The notes below the pieces were generated by a model. That model worked only from the letters and a program-made list of their open reading frames with translations. It made no database searches and was not told the origin of the DNA. 52,202 nt of DNA from a virus, in IMG/VR virus record IMGVR_UViG_3300000154_000010, one strand, 5' to 3'. Position numbers and translations under genes: made by a program. Positions within the stretch are counted from its first letter, which is position 1, and each line of letters starts with the position of its first letter. Positions 36,905 to 47,575 of this stretch are shown one piece after another.

Positions 36905-38452
36905 TCAAATACCTTTCCAATTATTCTCCAGAATATTATAAAATTTAGTTATAATTCTTTTAATACTTTTACATTTCCACAATAATTCTCTATTATGATT
37001 CAAATCATCTTTGTTATTTTCAATAATACTTACAAGCTTGTCTCTATCATAACTCATTACTTTATTTACCTCTATAATGTTATGAATCATTCTTTTCCAA
37101 GTATTTTCCGTGTAGGTATTACCTTCCTCAACAATGTTATCTGAGCTCTCATCAAATAACCAATCATAAGATTTATATCCATATTTTTTAAAATATTTTA
37201 TAGTATGTCTGTGGCCAAACCATACAATTGGATGATAATTTAAAACTGGATTGAATGTAGATTGATTTAAAAAAACCATATTTGCGTGATCTGGAAGTGA
37301 AACAGACACCCAAGAAAAAATTGACTTTTTATATACATCATACGGAATGGCTTTATTTGAATGGTGTGTATTACTTATATATACACCATTTTTTTCAAAA
37401 TTACTCGCTATATATGGTAAATCTGAATCTATTTTATTAAATATTTTTTCATCCTCTTCCTTTATAGCTAAATTTGGTATAGTTCCGTGTGGTTCATTAT
37501 TTACAGCGAAATGGGCATCAAATATCTTTGAAATAAATGAAAAAGATTCATCTTTTTTTCCATATAATTTACCAGAATTACAGAAATTTCCATCGTAAAT
37601 TATATTTTTATAATCAAAATATTTATGTTCCACGATAGATTCTTCGAAGTATTTTAATTTATGTAAAATATATAACATCCAATCTCTCGTTGGGTGGGGC
37701 GTCCTATTTACTCGTAATAATTTAGATTCACATTTTTTTATATTTTTAATATACTCTTCTATTGGATAGTCTAAAGCATATTTATTAAATCCAGTAAATG
37801 TTCCCCCCATTTTTTGAAACGAAATAAATGATGCAAGTTCGATGGCACTATCGTGTATAACTTTTATTCTATATCTATCCTCATAGGCTTCTCCGAGTAA
37901 ATTACTACATAAAATTATGATTGATGACGGTGGTAGATTATATTCTTTTAAAATAGTATCGAATAAATCATAATACCCATTAAATTTATCTTTTGGAAAT
38001 GTTGATGTGGTAAAATTTTCTGCTTCCCATCCTTGATAAAAAAATAATGTTACCTTTCCATTTCTCATATTTTCTAAGATTTCACTATCTTGCAAAAGAA
38101 TATCAAAAAAATATGATTTTGTGACTTCGAAGGGATTTTCGAAATTCGTCACTGGATGTAAATCGAATTGAATGATAACTTTTCTATCTGAATTAAGTGC
38201 ATCTTCTAATCTGACATCATGGCATCCGAAGTTGCCGTCATTATCTTTATTATATTCTTTTAGAAATCTCACTACCTTTTCATCGTGGAAAACTTTTCTT
38301 TCTCCATATATTTCATACATCTCGTGATTAAGAATATTTGTAAAGAAATCACCAACACCTGCTATCAAATCACCATCCCTACTGAATTCTTTTGGAAAAT
38401 GAGTAAAGTAACAGTTGTCTATTATGTCCTTTACTATATCGACATAACTCAT
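36905..38452 (-). CDS. Putative glycosyltransferase-like protein (R.PHR family, divergent copy 2)
   Basis: VNRTPHPTR, PVLNYHPIV, GYKSYDWLFDESSD. Confidence 0.5.
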   Translation of the reverse strand: MSYVDIVKDIIDNCYFTHFPKEFSRDGDLIAGVGDFFTNILNHEMYEIYGERKVFHDEKVVRFLKEYNKDNDGNFGCHDVRLEDALNSDRKVIIQFDLHPVTNFENPFEVTKSYFFDILLQDSEILENMRNGKVTLFFYQGWEAENFTTSTFPKDKFNGYYDLFDTILKEYNLPPSSIIILCSNLLGEAYEDRYRIKVIHDSAIELASFISFQKMGGTFTGFNKYALDYPIEEYIKNIKKCESKLLRVNRTPHPTRDWMLYILHKLKYFEESIVEHKYFDYKNIIYDGNFCNSGKLYGKKDESFSFISKIFDAHFAVNNEPHGTIPNLAIKEEDEKIFNKIDSDLPYIASNFEKNGVYISNTHHSNKAIPYDVYKKSIFSWVSVSLPDHANMVFLNQSTFNPVLNYHPIVWFGHRHTIKYFKKYGYKSYDWLFDESSDNIVEEGNTYTENTWKRMIHNIIEVNKVMSYDRDKLVSIIENNKDDLNHNRELLWKCKSIKRIITKFYNILENNWKGI

Positions 38453-38970
38453 TTATCTCTCCAATTTAATATAGGATTTTTTATAGGCCAATCTATACCT
38501 ATATTTTCATCATTCCACTTTAAACACTTGTCTTGAGCCATCCAATCAACATAATCTTCTGGATAAGATTGTGTATAATGAAATAAACATTCTTCACTCA
38601 AACATAAATGTCCATTAGCAAATCCTGGTGGAACTAAAATACTCAAATGATTTCTTTCTGATATAATAAAACTATCCCACTCTAAATAATTTACTGAATC
38701 TGGTCTATTATCTACTACAACCAAATATATCTCTCCCCAAACACAAGTAATGTTTTTCCAAGTCACATTATCTCCGTGTAATCCACGAAGAACATTTTTT
38801 CTTGAACGAGTAAACTTAGAAATTTTCCATTCATGTCCAGGTGATAAAACTTCATTATCTTTTTCCCAAAAAGTCCACATCTCTCCCCTATAATCAAAGA
38901 AAGGATCGGGTTTCAATATCTTTACTTCTGGAAATACTTCTGATTCTGATATTTTTACATCAAATGTCAT
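38449..38970 (-). CDS. rmlC: dTDP-4-dehydrorhamnose 3,5-epimerase (RmlC-like cupin)
   Basis: DYRG, SRKNVLRGLH, VVDNRPDS, VPPGFANG, WND..IGIDWP. Confidence 0.9.
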   Translation of the reverse strand: MTFDVKISESEVFPEVKILKPDPFFDYRGEMWTFWEKDNEVLSPGHEWKISKFTRSRKNVLRGLHGDNVTWKNITCVWGEIYLVVVDNRPDSVNYLEWDSFIISERNHLSILVPPGFANGHLCLSEECLFHYTQSYPEDYVDWMAQDKCLKWNDENIGIDWPIKNPILNWRDK

Positions 38971-39932
38971 GTTGATACTCCATAACTTAAAGGAAATGAG
39001 TTTCTATAATGTGAACTTTCCTGTGGTACAATCATTTTATATGCTTCAATTAATTCTTCTATACCACAATCTAAACTGTATTTTGGTTTCCAACCCGTAG
39101 ATTCTATTTTACTATTACTCACAATATAGTTCCTTTTATCAGGATCAACAAAATAATCAGAATGTGTTACAGATGTATCTGGTATCTGTTTTTGTATTCT
39201 CTCCACCAATTGTTGTTTATTTATGTTCGTATCGGATAAACCAACATTGAATATTTCATTTTTATATGTTTCATAATTGTCTATCATAAACTCAAACACG
39301 GAACTCACATCTTGAATATGAATAAAATTCCTTATGAATTCATGTTCAAAAAGTGTTATATATTTATCAGTTAATAACTTATACACAAATTCATTTACTA
39401 ACAAATCTAACCGCATTCTACTCGATACTCCAAATACTGTAGCCAACCTAAATATTATTCCATTACTATAAGACTTAATATAATTTTCTGCATCACATTT
39501 AGTAACACCATAATGACTTATAGGAGTGAGTTTATTTTTTTCACTTACCTCACCATCGATTCTACTTCCATATCCACTATTTGTATTAGGAAATAATATT
39601 TTTTGATTTGGAGATAAGGTTTCAACAATATCTACAATATGCTTATAGTTTACATCGGTGGCCAATGTTTTATCATTCTCACATACTGGAAATCCTACTA
39701 AAGCCGCCAATGGTATTATCACATCACTTTTCTGAACTTCATCTTTTAATAGTTTAATGTTTCTGACATCTGAGTGAATAAATTTGAAATTCTTCAATCT
39801 ACACAAATCAATCAATGGTGCTTGATTATACATTAAATTATCGTATACAACCACATCATGATTTTTTATTAAGTTTCTTGTAAGAACACAACCTAAATAT
39901 CCAGCCCCACCTGTAATTAAAATTTTCATCAT
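38967..39932 (-). CDS. NAD-dependent epimerase/dehydratase (extended SDR)
   Basis: ILITGGAGYLG, YGVTK (YxxxK), RLATVFG. Confidence 0.92.
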   Translation of the reverse strand: MMKILITGGAGYLGCVLTRNLIKNHDVVVYDNLMYNQAPLIDLCRLKNFKFIHSDVRNIKLLKDEVQKSDVIIPLAALVGFPVCENDKTLATDVNYKHIVDIVETLSPNQKILFPNTNSGYGSRIDGEVSEKNKLTPISHYGVTKCDAENYIKSYSNGIIFRLATVFGVSSRMRLDLLVNEFVYKLLTDKYITLFEHEFIRNFIHIQDVSSVFEFMIDNYETYKNEIFNVGLSDTNINKQQLVERIQKQIPDTSVTHSDYFVDPDKRNYIVSNSKIESTGWKPKYSLDCGIEELIEAYKMIVPQESSHYRNSFPLSYGVST

Positions 39933-39941
39933 AATTCCTTT

Positions 39942-41381
39942 TTAATAATTATTTATTTTTCTAAACTTTGGTAAAAAAACAATATCTGACTTTGTAATAG
40001 TCAATAAATCCAATAACTCTAAATTGTATTCAGAATGGTGTTTTGCATACTCCATAAATAGCTCATAATTATAAATAAGAATATCTTTCATATTCCAGTA
40101 CCACTCATGAATTTCATCGATAGACATATTACCAATACGAATTATTTCTTTTTCAATAATACTAAACCTTTCCGTATTATCGAATACCAAATCGTAACTT
40201 TCATCTATAAATGGATGAAAAGTTTTAAATCCAAATTTTTTTAAAAACTCTAATGATTTCGGATTGCCAACTAAAATAAATGGATGAAAAAATGAAATAG
40301 GTTTCCAAGTTTTTTCTGATACGTATCCGGTAGGATTAGTAAAATCTGTTTCAGTTATGATGCTCAAATAAGTATTCAAATATGGTTTACAATTTTCCCA
40401 CCCATATCCATGATGGATCCCATCTTTTGCTTCCATTGCTATGGGATAATCTACATATTTAAATTTTTTCTCTTTTAATTCATGAAAATCCTTTTCATAA
40501 TAGTCTCTCTTTTCATCATCAAAAATTCTATGATTATGATCAGAAACATAATACGGACAATCATCAAAAATAAATTGAAAACTTATATCATTATTCTCTA
40601 TTAAATTATTTCTATTTAAAACACATAAAGTTGCCAATCTGTGTGGTCTCATTCGCCTATTCAAACACAAAAGATTACTTTTTCTATGATTATTTTTTGT
40701 AGAATTAAAATCTTCAATAGTCATTGCCGAATGTTTATGTTTTTTATACGGTTTACTCAAATCAAATATACCCGAATGTAAATTATTTAATATACAATAT
40801 ACTTCATTTGATTTTTCAAATAATGAATGAGAATACACTATAACATTAAACCTTTTTGTTTTGTTATTTTTATTAATCCAATTGGTATATCGTTGTGGTG
40901 CAAAATAATCATTTACGGCGACAATAGCATTTGTTATACCATATGTTTTTAATTGATAATGTAATTTTTTTAACTCTGAATCTTTTATGAAGGCCTCCTG
41001 TAGAAATCCATAATACAGTCTTAATTTGTTAGATTTAAGATATTGTTTTGCCGTATCACTCATATAATCAAATGCACTTTTATATTTTCTATTCCAGGCA
41101 TAATTATTTCCAAGTGACCTATCAGGTGAGGCAAATCCTTCAATTGGATAGATACCTAAGTAATTACTTTCATTATTATCTTCGATATCATCTACTAAAC
41201 ATAATTTAGCACCTTTGTGTTGATATAAATCACTTGGATATACTGCTGCATCAAATCCAATTTCTTCTCTAAATTCTACAGGATTAAATTGTGGTGAATA
41301 AAACTTTACCCATTCTTCTGGTATACCATTTGGCAATCTTTGTCCATCTATTATTCTATCATAAAAAATTTTAATCATCAT
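39942..41381 (-). CDS. Putative glycosyltransferase-like protein (R.PHR family, copy 3)
   Basis: LNRRMRPHR, YLSIITET, SEKTWKPISFFHPFI, GFKTFHPFIDESYD. Confidence 0.55.
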   Translation of the reverse strand: MMIKIFYDRIIDGQRLPNGIPEEWVKFYSPQFNPVEFREEIGFDAAVYPSDLYQHKGAKLCLVDDIEDNNESNYLGIYPIEGFASPDRSLGNNYAWNRKYKSAFDYMSDTAKQYLKSNKLRLYYGFLQEAFIKDSELKKLHYQLKTYGITNAIVAVNDYFAPQRYTNWINKNNKTKRFNVIVYSHSLFEKSNEVYCILNNLHSGIFDLSKPYKKHKHSAMTIEDFNSTKNNHRKSNLLCLNRRMRPHRLATLCVLNRNNLIENNDISFQFIFDDCPYYVSDHNHRIFDDEKRDYYEKDFHELKEKKFKYVDYPIAMEAKDGIHHGYGWENCKPYLNTYLSIITETDFTNPTGYVSEKTWKPISFFHPFILVGNPKSLEFLKKFGFKTFHPFIDESYDLVFDNTERFSIIEKEIIRIGNMSIDEIHEWYWNMKDILIYNYELFMEYAKHHSEYNLELLDLLTITKSDIVFLPKFRKINNY

Positions 41382-41389
41382 AAAATATA

Positions 41390-42202
41390 TTAAACATTCT
41401 TAAAACCTCTTTTTATATAATTGTGTAAATAAGTTGATAACCAGTTGTGTGCATCTTTACCTGGATGACCATCAGTTGCTAACCATTCATCTGGTGATTC
41501 GTGTGTTTGGTATCTACCATAAAGATATTCGTTCCAACTATCAATCACTTTTTTCTCGTTATAACTATATAAATAATTATCTTCAAAAGAAAGAAAGTTG
41601 GTATTTTTTCTTAAAAAATCTGTTAGTGTTATTGAATGTATGTCATCAGTAGTATCTCTTGGTAATCCCAACGAATTAAAAATAATTAAATCAATTTTAT
41701 TCTCTTTTAAATATAGCAATAACAAAGTAATTTCTCTTTTAATTTTTTCCACTCTCTCTTTATCAGAGTAAAAATATTGTAAATAAAACATTAACCATTT
41801 TAAAACTCTATCCCTACCTGTCTTTAGTGAAGTAATATGAGTTGGAACTTTTATTCCAGTATCTCCTTCCATTGGACCAATATGATTGTCTCCCAATGAA
41901 CTTAAATGTGAATCAACATATTGATTTATTTCATTCAAATAAAATTCAACTCGGGATGGATCAGTTAATCCTAAAATCAATAAAGTATCTTTGCATTTAT
42001 CTTTATTGTTTTCTACCCAATCAAAAGTAGTTCTAAATATTCTATCATTAGAAGCTCCTGTTTTTGATAAGTTTATATCTTCACATAATAATTTATTTGA
42101 TAATAAATTAGAAAACCTATATTTGAAGTGTTCTTCCGTATTGCCTAATCCATCACCAAAAACAAAACTACATCCATTTGTTACTAAATATTTATAACTC
42201 AT
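41390..42202 (-). CDS. SGNH/GDSL-like protein
   Basis: NGCSFVFG, GASN, DGHPG..AH. Confidence 0.72.
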   Translation of the reverse strand: MSYKYLVTNGCSFVFGDGLGNTEEHFKYRFSNLLSNKLLCEDINLSKTGASNDRIFRTTFDWVENNKDKCKDTLLILGLTDPSRVEFYLNEINQYVDSHLSSLGDNHIGPMEGDTGIKVPTHITSLKTGRDRVLKWLMFYLQYFYSDKERVEKIKREITLLLLYLKENKIDLIIFNSLGLPRDTTDDIHSITLTDFLRKNTNFLSFEDNYLYSYNEKKVIDSWNEYLYGRYQTHESPDEWLATDGHPGKDAHNWLSTYLHNYIKRGFKNV

Positions 42203-43013
42203 TTTTCAAATCCTTATATAATTCATCTGCCCACAATTGATGTCCATTTTCACTTGGATGAGGATCATTTTCACTCCACATATTTTTTTTATATTCTAAC
42301 TTTTTACTATCAGAATTTAAATCTAATAGAAAGTTTTTGAATGATATTGACTTAAAAATTCTCTCTCTTAATCTATAAAAATAATCTTTTGTATGAGAAT
42401 CATATATCTCCAAATCATCTTCAACTTGATAACCATGATGAAGTCCTAACATAGCATTACCATCTTTTTTCGTATAAAACGCATCAAAAAATAAGTGATT
42501 GATTTTATAATGAGATAGAAATTTGTGTAAATATAAATTTTGATGTATATACCTACTCATATACTCCCTTTCATTCCAAAAATATAAAAAATATGATTCA
42601 TAAAAATTATAAAGTTTTTCAGGTATATTTTTGTGCTGTTGTTTATCTAAAAACATATCTGGTCTCATGGTTTCCCAAAACTCATCATCTTCAAATTCAA
42701 AATAAAAATCTTTGCGTTCGGGTGATGTCCATCCAATAATAACAAAAATTTCCTGTTCATCATACTCCAATAATAATTTTAATGTATATTCTACGACATC
42801 ACGTACTATGGTATCGTTTGAACATCCTGCACTGGCACAATTGATAACTTTTGTATTTAATAATTTTCCTAACTTATGTGGCCAAACTTTTGGTAATCTA
42901 TAATTGTCATTTTTAACATGATTCACATAGGTGATTCCTTTTTTTTGTAATTTTGGATCTATAATATCACCTGATGTCCAACTATCGCCCCCACATAAAA
43001 GTATTTTCTTCAT
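42192..43013 (-). CDS. SGNH/GDSL-like protein
   Basis: GGDSWTSG, AGCSN, DPHPSENGH. Confidence 0.75.
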   Translation of the reverse strand: MKKILLCGGDSWTSGDIIDPKLQKKGITYVNHVKNDNYRLPKVWPHKLGKLLNTKVINCASAGCSNDTIVRDVVEYTLKLLLEYDEQEIFVIIGWTSPERKDFYFEFEDDEFWETMRPDMFLDKQQHKNIPEKLYNFYESYFLYFWNEREYMSRYIHQNLYLHKFLSHYKINHLFFDAFYTKKDGNAMLGLHHGYQVEDDLEIYDSHTKDYFYRLRERIFKSISFKNFLLDLNSDSKKLEYKKNMWSENDPHPSENGHQLWADELYKDLKNEL

Positions 43014-43759
43014 CTTTGATTAAGCTGCTTTGATACTGATTGTTCTTCTGATAAATCTATTACTTGAACTTCACTTGTACGAAATTTATTATTATCACCG
43101 GACACATCAACATTCCACAGATGATAATGGTTAATAATATAAGATAACATTTCTTCTTGTCTTTCAGTCAACGTATTAAATGTTTCAATGCTAAAATGGG
43201 GAGTGTCCAATAATTTATTAGCATGACCATATTCACCGCCACCACCGAATACTCTATCTCGATATGGACCAGATAGTCTAACAAGTTCCATATTTTTCAT
43301 AAACTTTTCCATTAATTTAGACAAATGTAAGTTATTACTTTTTTCATAATTTTGAGTCCTTTGCAATATTACAGGATCATCAACATTATGTCTTTGTAAT
43401 TCTAATGGATTCCAAAAATAATTTATAATATAATCCTTTTCCCTTTCCGTTTTATCTTTCATATAGTTATATATGGCCCAATTTAAAATTGTAAAATGTG
43501 AGGACCGTCTTGTAGAAACTGCTCTACCATCATCTGTTAACCACATTAAATTCAATCTTCCACTGATTTCATGTATAGTTCCTACATCGTATATTTTCCA
43601 AAATTTAGTAGGGTGTTGTTGTACATCAGTCAAATCATCAGACCGAAAAAAGAATCTATCATAAGTTTCTATAACTTTATCATCTCTTACATCTAATTCA
43701 GATAAACAACCCTTTAACAATGCGAATTTCATATCCTCTACTTCTATATTAAAACTCAC
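43010..43759 (-). CDS. Hypothetical protein
   Basis: GTG start with GGGAG RBS; ATGA-coupled. Confidence 0.7.
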   Translation of the reverse strand: MSFNIEVEDMKFALLKGCLSELDVRDDKVIETYDRFFFRSDDLTDVQQHPTKFWKIYDVGTIHEISGRLNLMWLTDDGRAVSTRRSSHFTILNWAIYNYMKDKTEREKDYIINYFWNPLELQRHNVDDPVILQRTQNYEKSNNLHLSKLMEKFMKNMELVRLSGPYRDRVFGGGGEYGHANKLLDTPHFSIETFNTLTERQEEMLSYIINHYHLWNVDVSGDNNKFRTSEVQVIDLSEEQSVSKQLNQR

Positions 43760-43796
43760 TTAAAAAAACTCCCTATATCTATTACATATTTACTCA

Positions 43797-44618
43797 TCAA
43801 ATCCACTCATCATTATATTTTACGAAATGATTACCATTGTTACTCTCATCATATATTTTAAAAGAATTAACTTCTTTTAAATTACTCATAAAAATAATTT
43901 CTCTATGACCAAAATCACCATCTTGATATGTACCACTAAAAAAAGATCCCAATGTTTTTCCATATGTAAATTGTGGAATAATATCCGTATCAACTTGCTC
44001 TTCTCCAGATTGACTAAATTCTCTTTCAAATTCTATTCTATCCTGTGAGAGTATATCATACAAAAATATACCAACACCACTTATTGTCCCCTTAAAATTC
44101 CACCGATATTCTGGTGGACACGTTGATAATCCATTACAACACCCTAACCAAATCATAGCATCAATATACTTAACCATATCTCCATCAATATCTCTTTCTA
44201 TATATTTATCATTCACTTGAAATTTAAGTTTTTGTTTATCTCTATCTACAACCATGACTATATTATACCAATCATCCTTTTTATCTACTTTCCAATGGGG
44301 ATCGTTTGATGTACCATCTTCTATTTTACAATATATAGAAACTGGGGTTTCAACTGATTTTTGTAATGCCCACATATCACATTGTAAAAATAAATCTCCA
44401 TTTTCCGTTTTTCTACATAAAATTCCAGTATGTTGTCCGTTTATTGCAAGCATTCCACCAACTTCATCGGATGCCATTTCATCCCAATCCACCTTTACCC
44501 TCATTGCAAATGAAAAAATTGATGATGTAAATAATTTTGATGGTAAAAGAGTACTTAAACCATGCTTATTACTTAATGGTAAAAAATAAGCATCCTCATC
44601 TCCCTTAAAATTTATCAT
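43797..44618 (-). CDS. Stand-alone LamG/ConA-like beta-sandwich protein
   Basis: FSFAMRVK, WYNIVMVVD, FKGTISGVGIF, IYDESNNGNH; resembles the inserts in the GT7 genes. Confidence 0.7.
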   Translation of the reverse strand: MINFKGDEDAYFLPLSNKHGLSTLLPSKLFTSSIFSFAMRVKVDWDEMASDEVGGMLAINGQHTGILCRKTENGDLFLQCDMWALQKSVETPVSIYCKIEDGTSNDPHWKVDKKDDWYNIVMVVDRDKQKLKFQVNDKYIERDIDGDMVKYIDAMIWLGCCNGLSTCPPEYRWNFKGTISGVGIFLYDILSQDRIEFEREFSQSGEEQVDTDIIPQFTYGKTLGSFFSGTYQDGDFGHREIIFMSNLKEVNSFKIYDESNNGNHFVKYNDEWI

Positions 44619-46075
44619 AAAGACATCTCCAATGTTGAATAATAAAAACTTTCTAATTCCGGAAAAACATCTACAAAGTTTGTTCCCCTTCTTCTATCAT
44701 GTTCTTTAAAAAACTTACCAAAATTATATCTCTGTACCTTTAACTCATCGGAATCTTGATCAACTGATATCATCCAATCGTAAATTCGTTTTAATTTTTG
44801 AGTTTCAATATCAGAAAATCCTATATTCCTATAATCAAATAAAGGAACAGACAAATAATCCATATATTGTGCCTGTTTAAAGATATTGTCTGACCATTCT
44901 GGTGGTAATACCTGCACGGTTTGGTGTGTTGGATGTCTCAAATAAGATGAATCCAAAAAAGTTGCAGATGGCCAATATCTATCTTCAGAACCATATGACT
45001 TCTTTAATTCATATATTCCATTAATTAGTTTTTTATAACTCGGAACTGATAGTGCATTGTAGGTACTCATAAAAGTTAAATTTACACGACTGCATTTTTC
45101 TAATATCTTATTACAATTATCCCAAAACCTATTAAATTCTAAACCATTTCTTATATATTCAGCCTGTGTTCCCCAAGCATCTACTGATGTATATACAACA
45201 AATTCTTTTACTCTGTTCTCATCTTCAATTCTTTGTATTCTTTGTATTAAATTATCTATTAAAACATCTGGTACTCCTAAATTAGAATTTAGAGATAAGG
45301 ATAATTCTTTATTTGGATTTGGTTCATCAATAATATAATCCAACACTTTCCACGTGTCCTTTGATAACAAAGGTTCTCCACCAGTTATTCTGAATGTATG
45401 TAGATTACGATACAGCGCTGGCCACCATTCCCAAAATGCCTCTACATATGGATTTTCTTCACGGTGTGGTATTGGCATTTTATCTTCATTTGTTATATAT
45501 TTTATGGAATTAAAATCTTCCGTTGTAGGATATCCACCATACTTTTGAGTTTCGTCCATCCAGGTAGATGAAAAAGCAGGGCCACAATAACTACATTTGA
45601 AATTACAGGCATTGGAGAATGCCACTTCAACATATTTAGGATTAAAATTTTCTTGTGGATCCATTTTCACAATTTCTTCAAGATGGGGATGAGACCATGA
45701 TGCTCCTGATTTTAAAACTCTATCAGAAAATCTATCCGAGTTATCTTCTATATTCCAACAATAATCACATTCCTTTGGACGTTTACCGTCCAACATTTCT
45801 TTTCGTTTTTCTTTTTTAAATTGTGTATTATGGAGTGCTGTAGGATTAACTTTTAATTCATTTAATGGTATCTTATGGGTGACCGGATGATGACAACTAT
45901 GAGTATGTCCTAAATGTAGATGCATAGTAACTTGTGTCCATTTTGCAAGACAGAATCCACATCCCGTATCATTTAGATCAGATTTTAATTTATCGTAAAA
46001 TGGATTATCACTTGTAAAATCACTTTCTCCGGGTTTTACTAATTCCAGTTGGACCTTTGTACCTTCTGATTGCAT
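44615..46075 (-). CDS. Radical SAM protein with N-terminal Cys/His-rich auxiliary domain
   Basis: CNFKCSYC, TGGEPLL; N-terminal CGFC..SCHH..CDYC. Confidence 0.92.
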   Translation of the reverse strand: MQSEGTKVQLELVKPGESDFTSDNPFYDKLKSDLNDTGCGFCLAKWTQVTMHLHLGHTHSCHHPVTHKIPLNELKVNPTALHNTQFKKEKRKEMLDGKRPKECDYCWNIEDNSDRFSDRVLKSGASWSHPHLEEIVKMDPQENFNPKYVEVAFSNACNFKCSYCGPAFSSTWMDETQKYGGYPTTEDFNSIKYITNEDKMPIPHREENPYVEAFWEWWPALYRNLHTFRITGGEPLLSKDTWKVLDYIIDEPNPNKELSLSLNSNLGVPDVLIDNLIQRIQRIEDENRVKEFVVYTSVDAWGTQAEYIRNGLEFNRFWDNCNKILEKCSRVNLTFMSTYNALSVPSYKKLINGIYELKKSYGSEDRYWPSATFLDSSYLRHPTHQTVQVLPPEWSDNIFKQAQYMDYLSVPLFDYRNIGFSDIETQKLKRIYDWMISVDQDSDELKVQRYNFGKFFKEHDRRRGTNFVDVFPELESFYYSTLEMSL

Positions 46076-47575
46076 TTATATCTCCACGTGATTTGGAATA
46101 TCTTGTTCACATCTAAAATCTATTATTTCATGTTCTGTATTAAATAAATATTCTCGTTTAACAATATTGTAATTTAAATCCGCGAGTCCATCTTCATCTG
46201 TATTTATCATTCCACCTTTCACTTCATCTATGAATCTTCTTTCATTTATACTTGTATCTTTTTGGTGAACGAATTTGTTTCCAACAATATCATTCCGTTT
46301 GTGGTGTTGTGAAAAATACCGACCTTTACGACTCCTATATGGTAATGTTGTGTTTGATATTTTACCTATCTCTTCATTTATTATACTACAACCATTTATA
46401 ATTCCATGATTTCCATTTCCACTTAAATCATATACTATGTCATTTTCTACTTTTGAAAAATCATAATATAATTTTGTATTTTCTGGGGTTGGAAAATCTG
46501 TTTTGTAATATTCTTGTCTTTCACTATCATCAAATATTCTATCCCACATACAAACTTGTGTAATATCACCTGCAAAGTAATTGGTGTAATCTGCTGTTTT
46601 TGGATCATTCACTCCAATGTAAAATGGATTTCCACCATATTTCTTTAATGGTGATTCAAATTTTAATGGTGATTCTGAACCATGTCCGAATCTGGAATCT
46701 GATTCTTCACCATTTAGATAAAATCTCATTTCCCCTTTATCAACATTTACCGTTATCATCAAATGTGTCCAGGTTTCTGGGTGTCGTTTTATCCACATAT
46801 AAGAATGATTATTCTTTTGATTAAATAAACCAAAAGAATATGCGTTAGAATTGTCCCATGCAAATCCCATTTGGTAACTTGGTCTCCCTAAAATATATTG
46901 ATGAATAAATTCTCTGTTTTCTACATCCCCAATTAAATATGTTGGAATATCAAATCTATCTTCTGCTTTTACTAATATTGATATTGTGAAATTACCACTC
47001 GTTAGTTCTCGTATAGAATCTGTTGGATTGATTTTGATGTAATTAGAAAGTCCATCAAATCGTGCGAAGTTTCGTGGTTCGTTTGATTCATTATTCATAA
47101 ATGTTGTTTTTGCAAGTCCTTTCTTCTTTACTCGATATAACAAATCATCATCTTCCATTCCCCAATTGAAATACCCATTTGAATATCCATTGATTTTTTG
47201 GTAATGTTCCTTTGTGAATAAGATTGCACCTCCGAAATACTCTTGATATTTTAGCCCATAGCCGAATTGAGCAACATTTACTGCTAAATGTTCTACTTTA
47301 TCAGGATAGGAATAATCACAAGTATCATCTTCTGGTAACATATCTATATCATGAAAACAGAAATAATCATATCCTTCCTTTTGGGCTACATCAAAAGCTA
47401 CATTTTTTGCAGTTCCTCTATTAAATCCACTTACCGAATCAGGATAAACTTGATTGGCAACAAATATCTTGTATTCTATATCTTTGTCCTTAAAAAATTC
47501 ATCCATATGTGGAATAAACTTTTTAAGATGTTCTTCTCTTTTGTAGTGTGGAACACATATTGCTAATTTCTTCAT
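46076..47575 (-). CDS. GT7 beta-1,4-galactosyltransferase-like protein with inserted LamG-like domain
   Basis: FNRG, FHDIDMLP, YFGG, INGYSNGYFNWGMEDDDL, LamG-like insert, then GRYF..H..DGLADL. Confidence 0.85.
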   Translation of the reverse strand: MKKLAICVPHYKREEHLKKFIPHMDEFFKDKDIEYKIFVANQVYPDSVSGFNRGTAKNVAFDVAQKEGYDYFCFHDIDMLPEDDTCDYSYPDKVEHLAVNVAQFGYGLKYQEYFGGAILFTKEHYQKINGYSNGYFNWGMEDDDLLYRVKKKGLAKTTFMNNESNEPRNFARFDGLSNYIKINPTDSIRELTSGNFTISILVKAEDRFDIPTYLIGDVENREFIHQYILGRPSYQMGFAWDNSNAYSFGLFNQKNNHSYMWIKRHPETWTHLMITVNVDKGEMRFYLNGEESDSRFGHGSESPLKFESPLKKYGGNPFYIGVNDPKTADYTNYFAGDITQVCMWDRIFDDSERQEYYKTDFPTPENTKLYYDFSKVENDIVYDLSGNGNHGIINGCSIINEEIGKISNTTLPYRSRKGRYFSQHHKRNDIVGNKFVHQKDTSINERRFIDEVKGGMINTDEDGLADLNYNIVKREYLFNTEHEIIDFRCEQDIPNHVEI

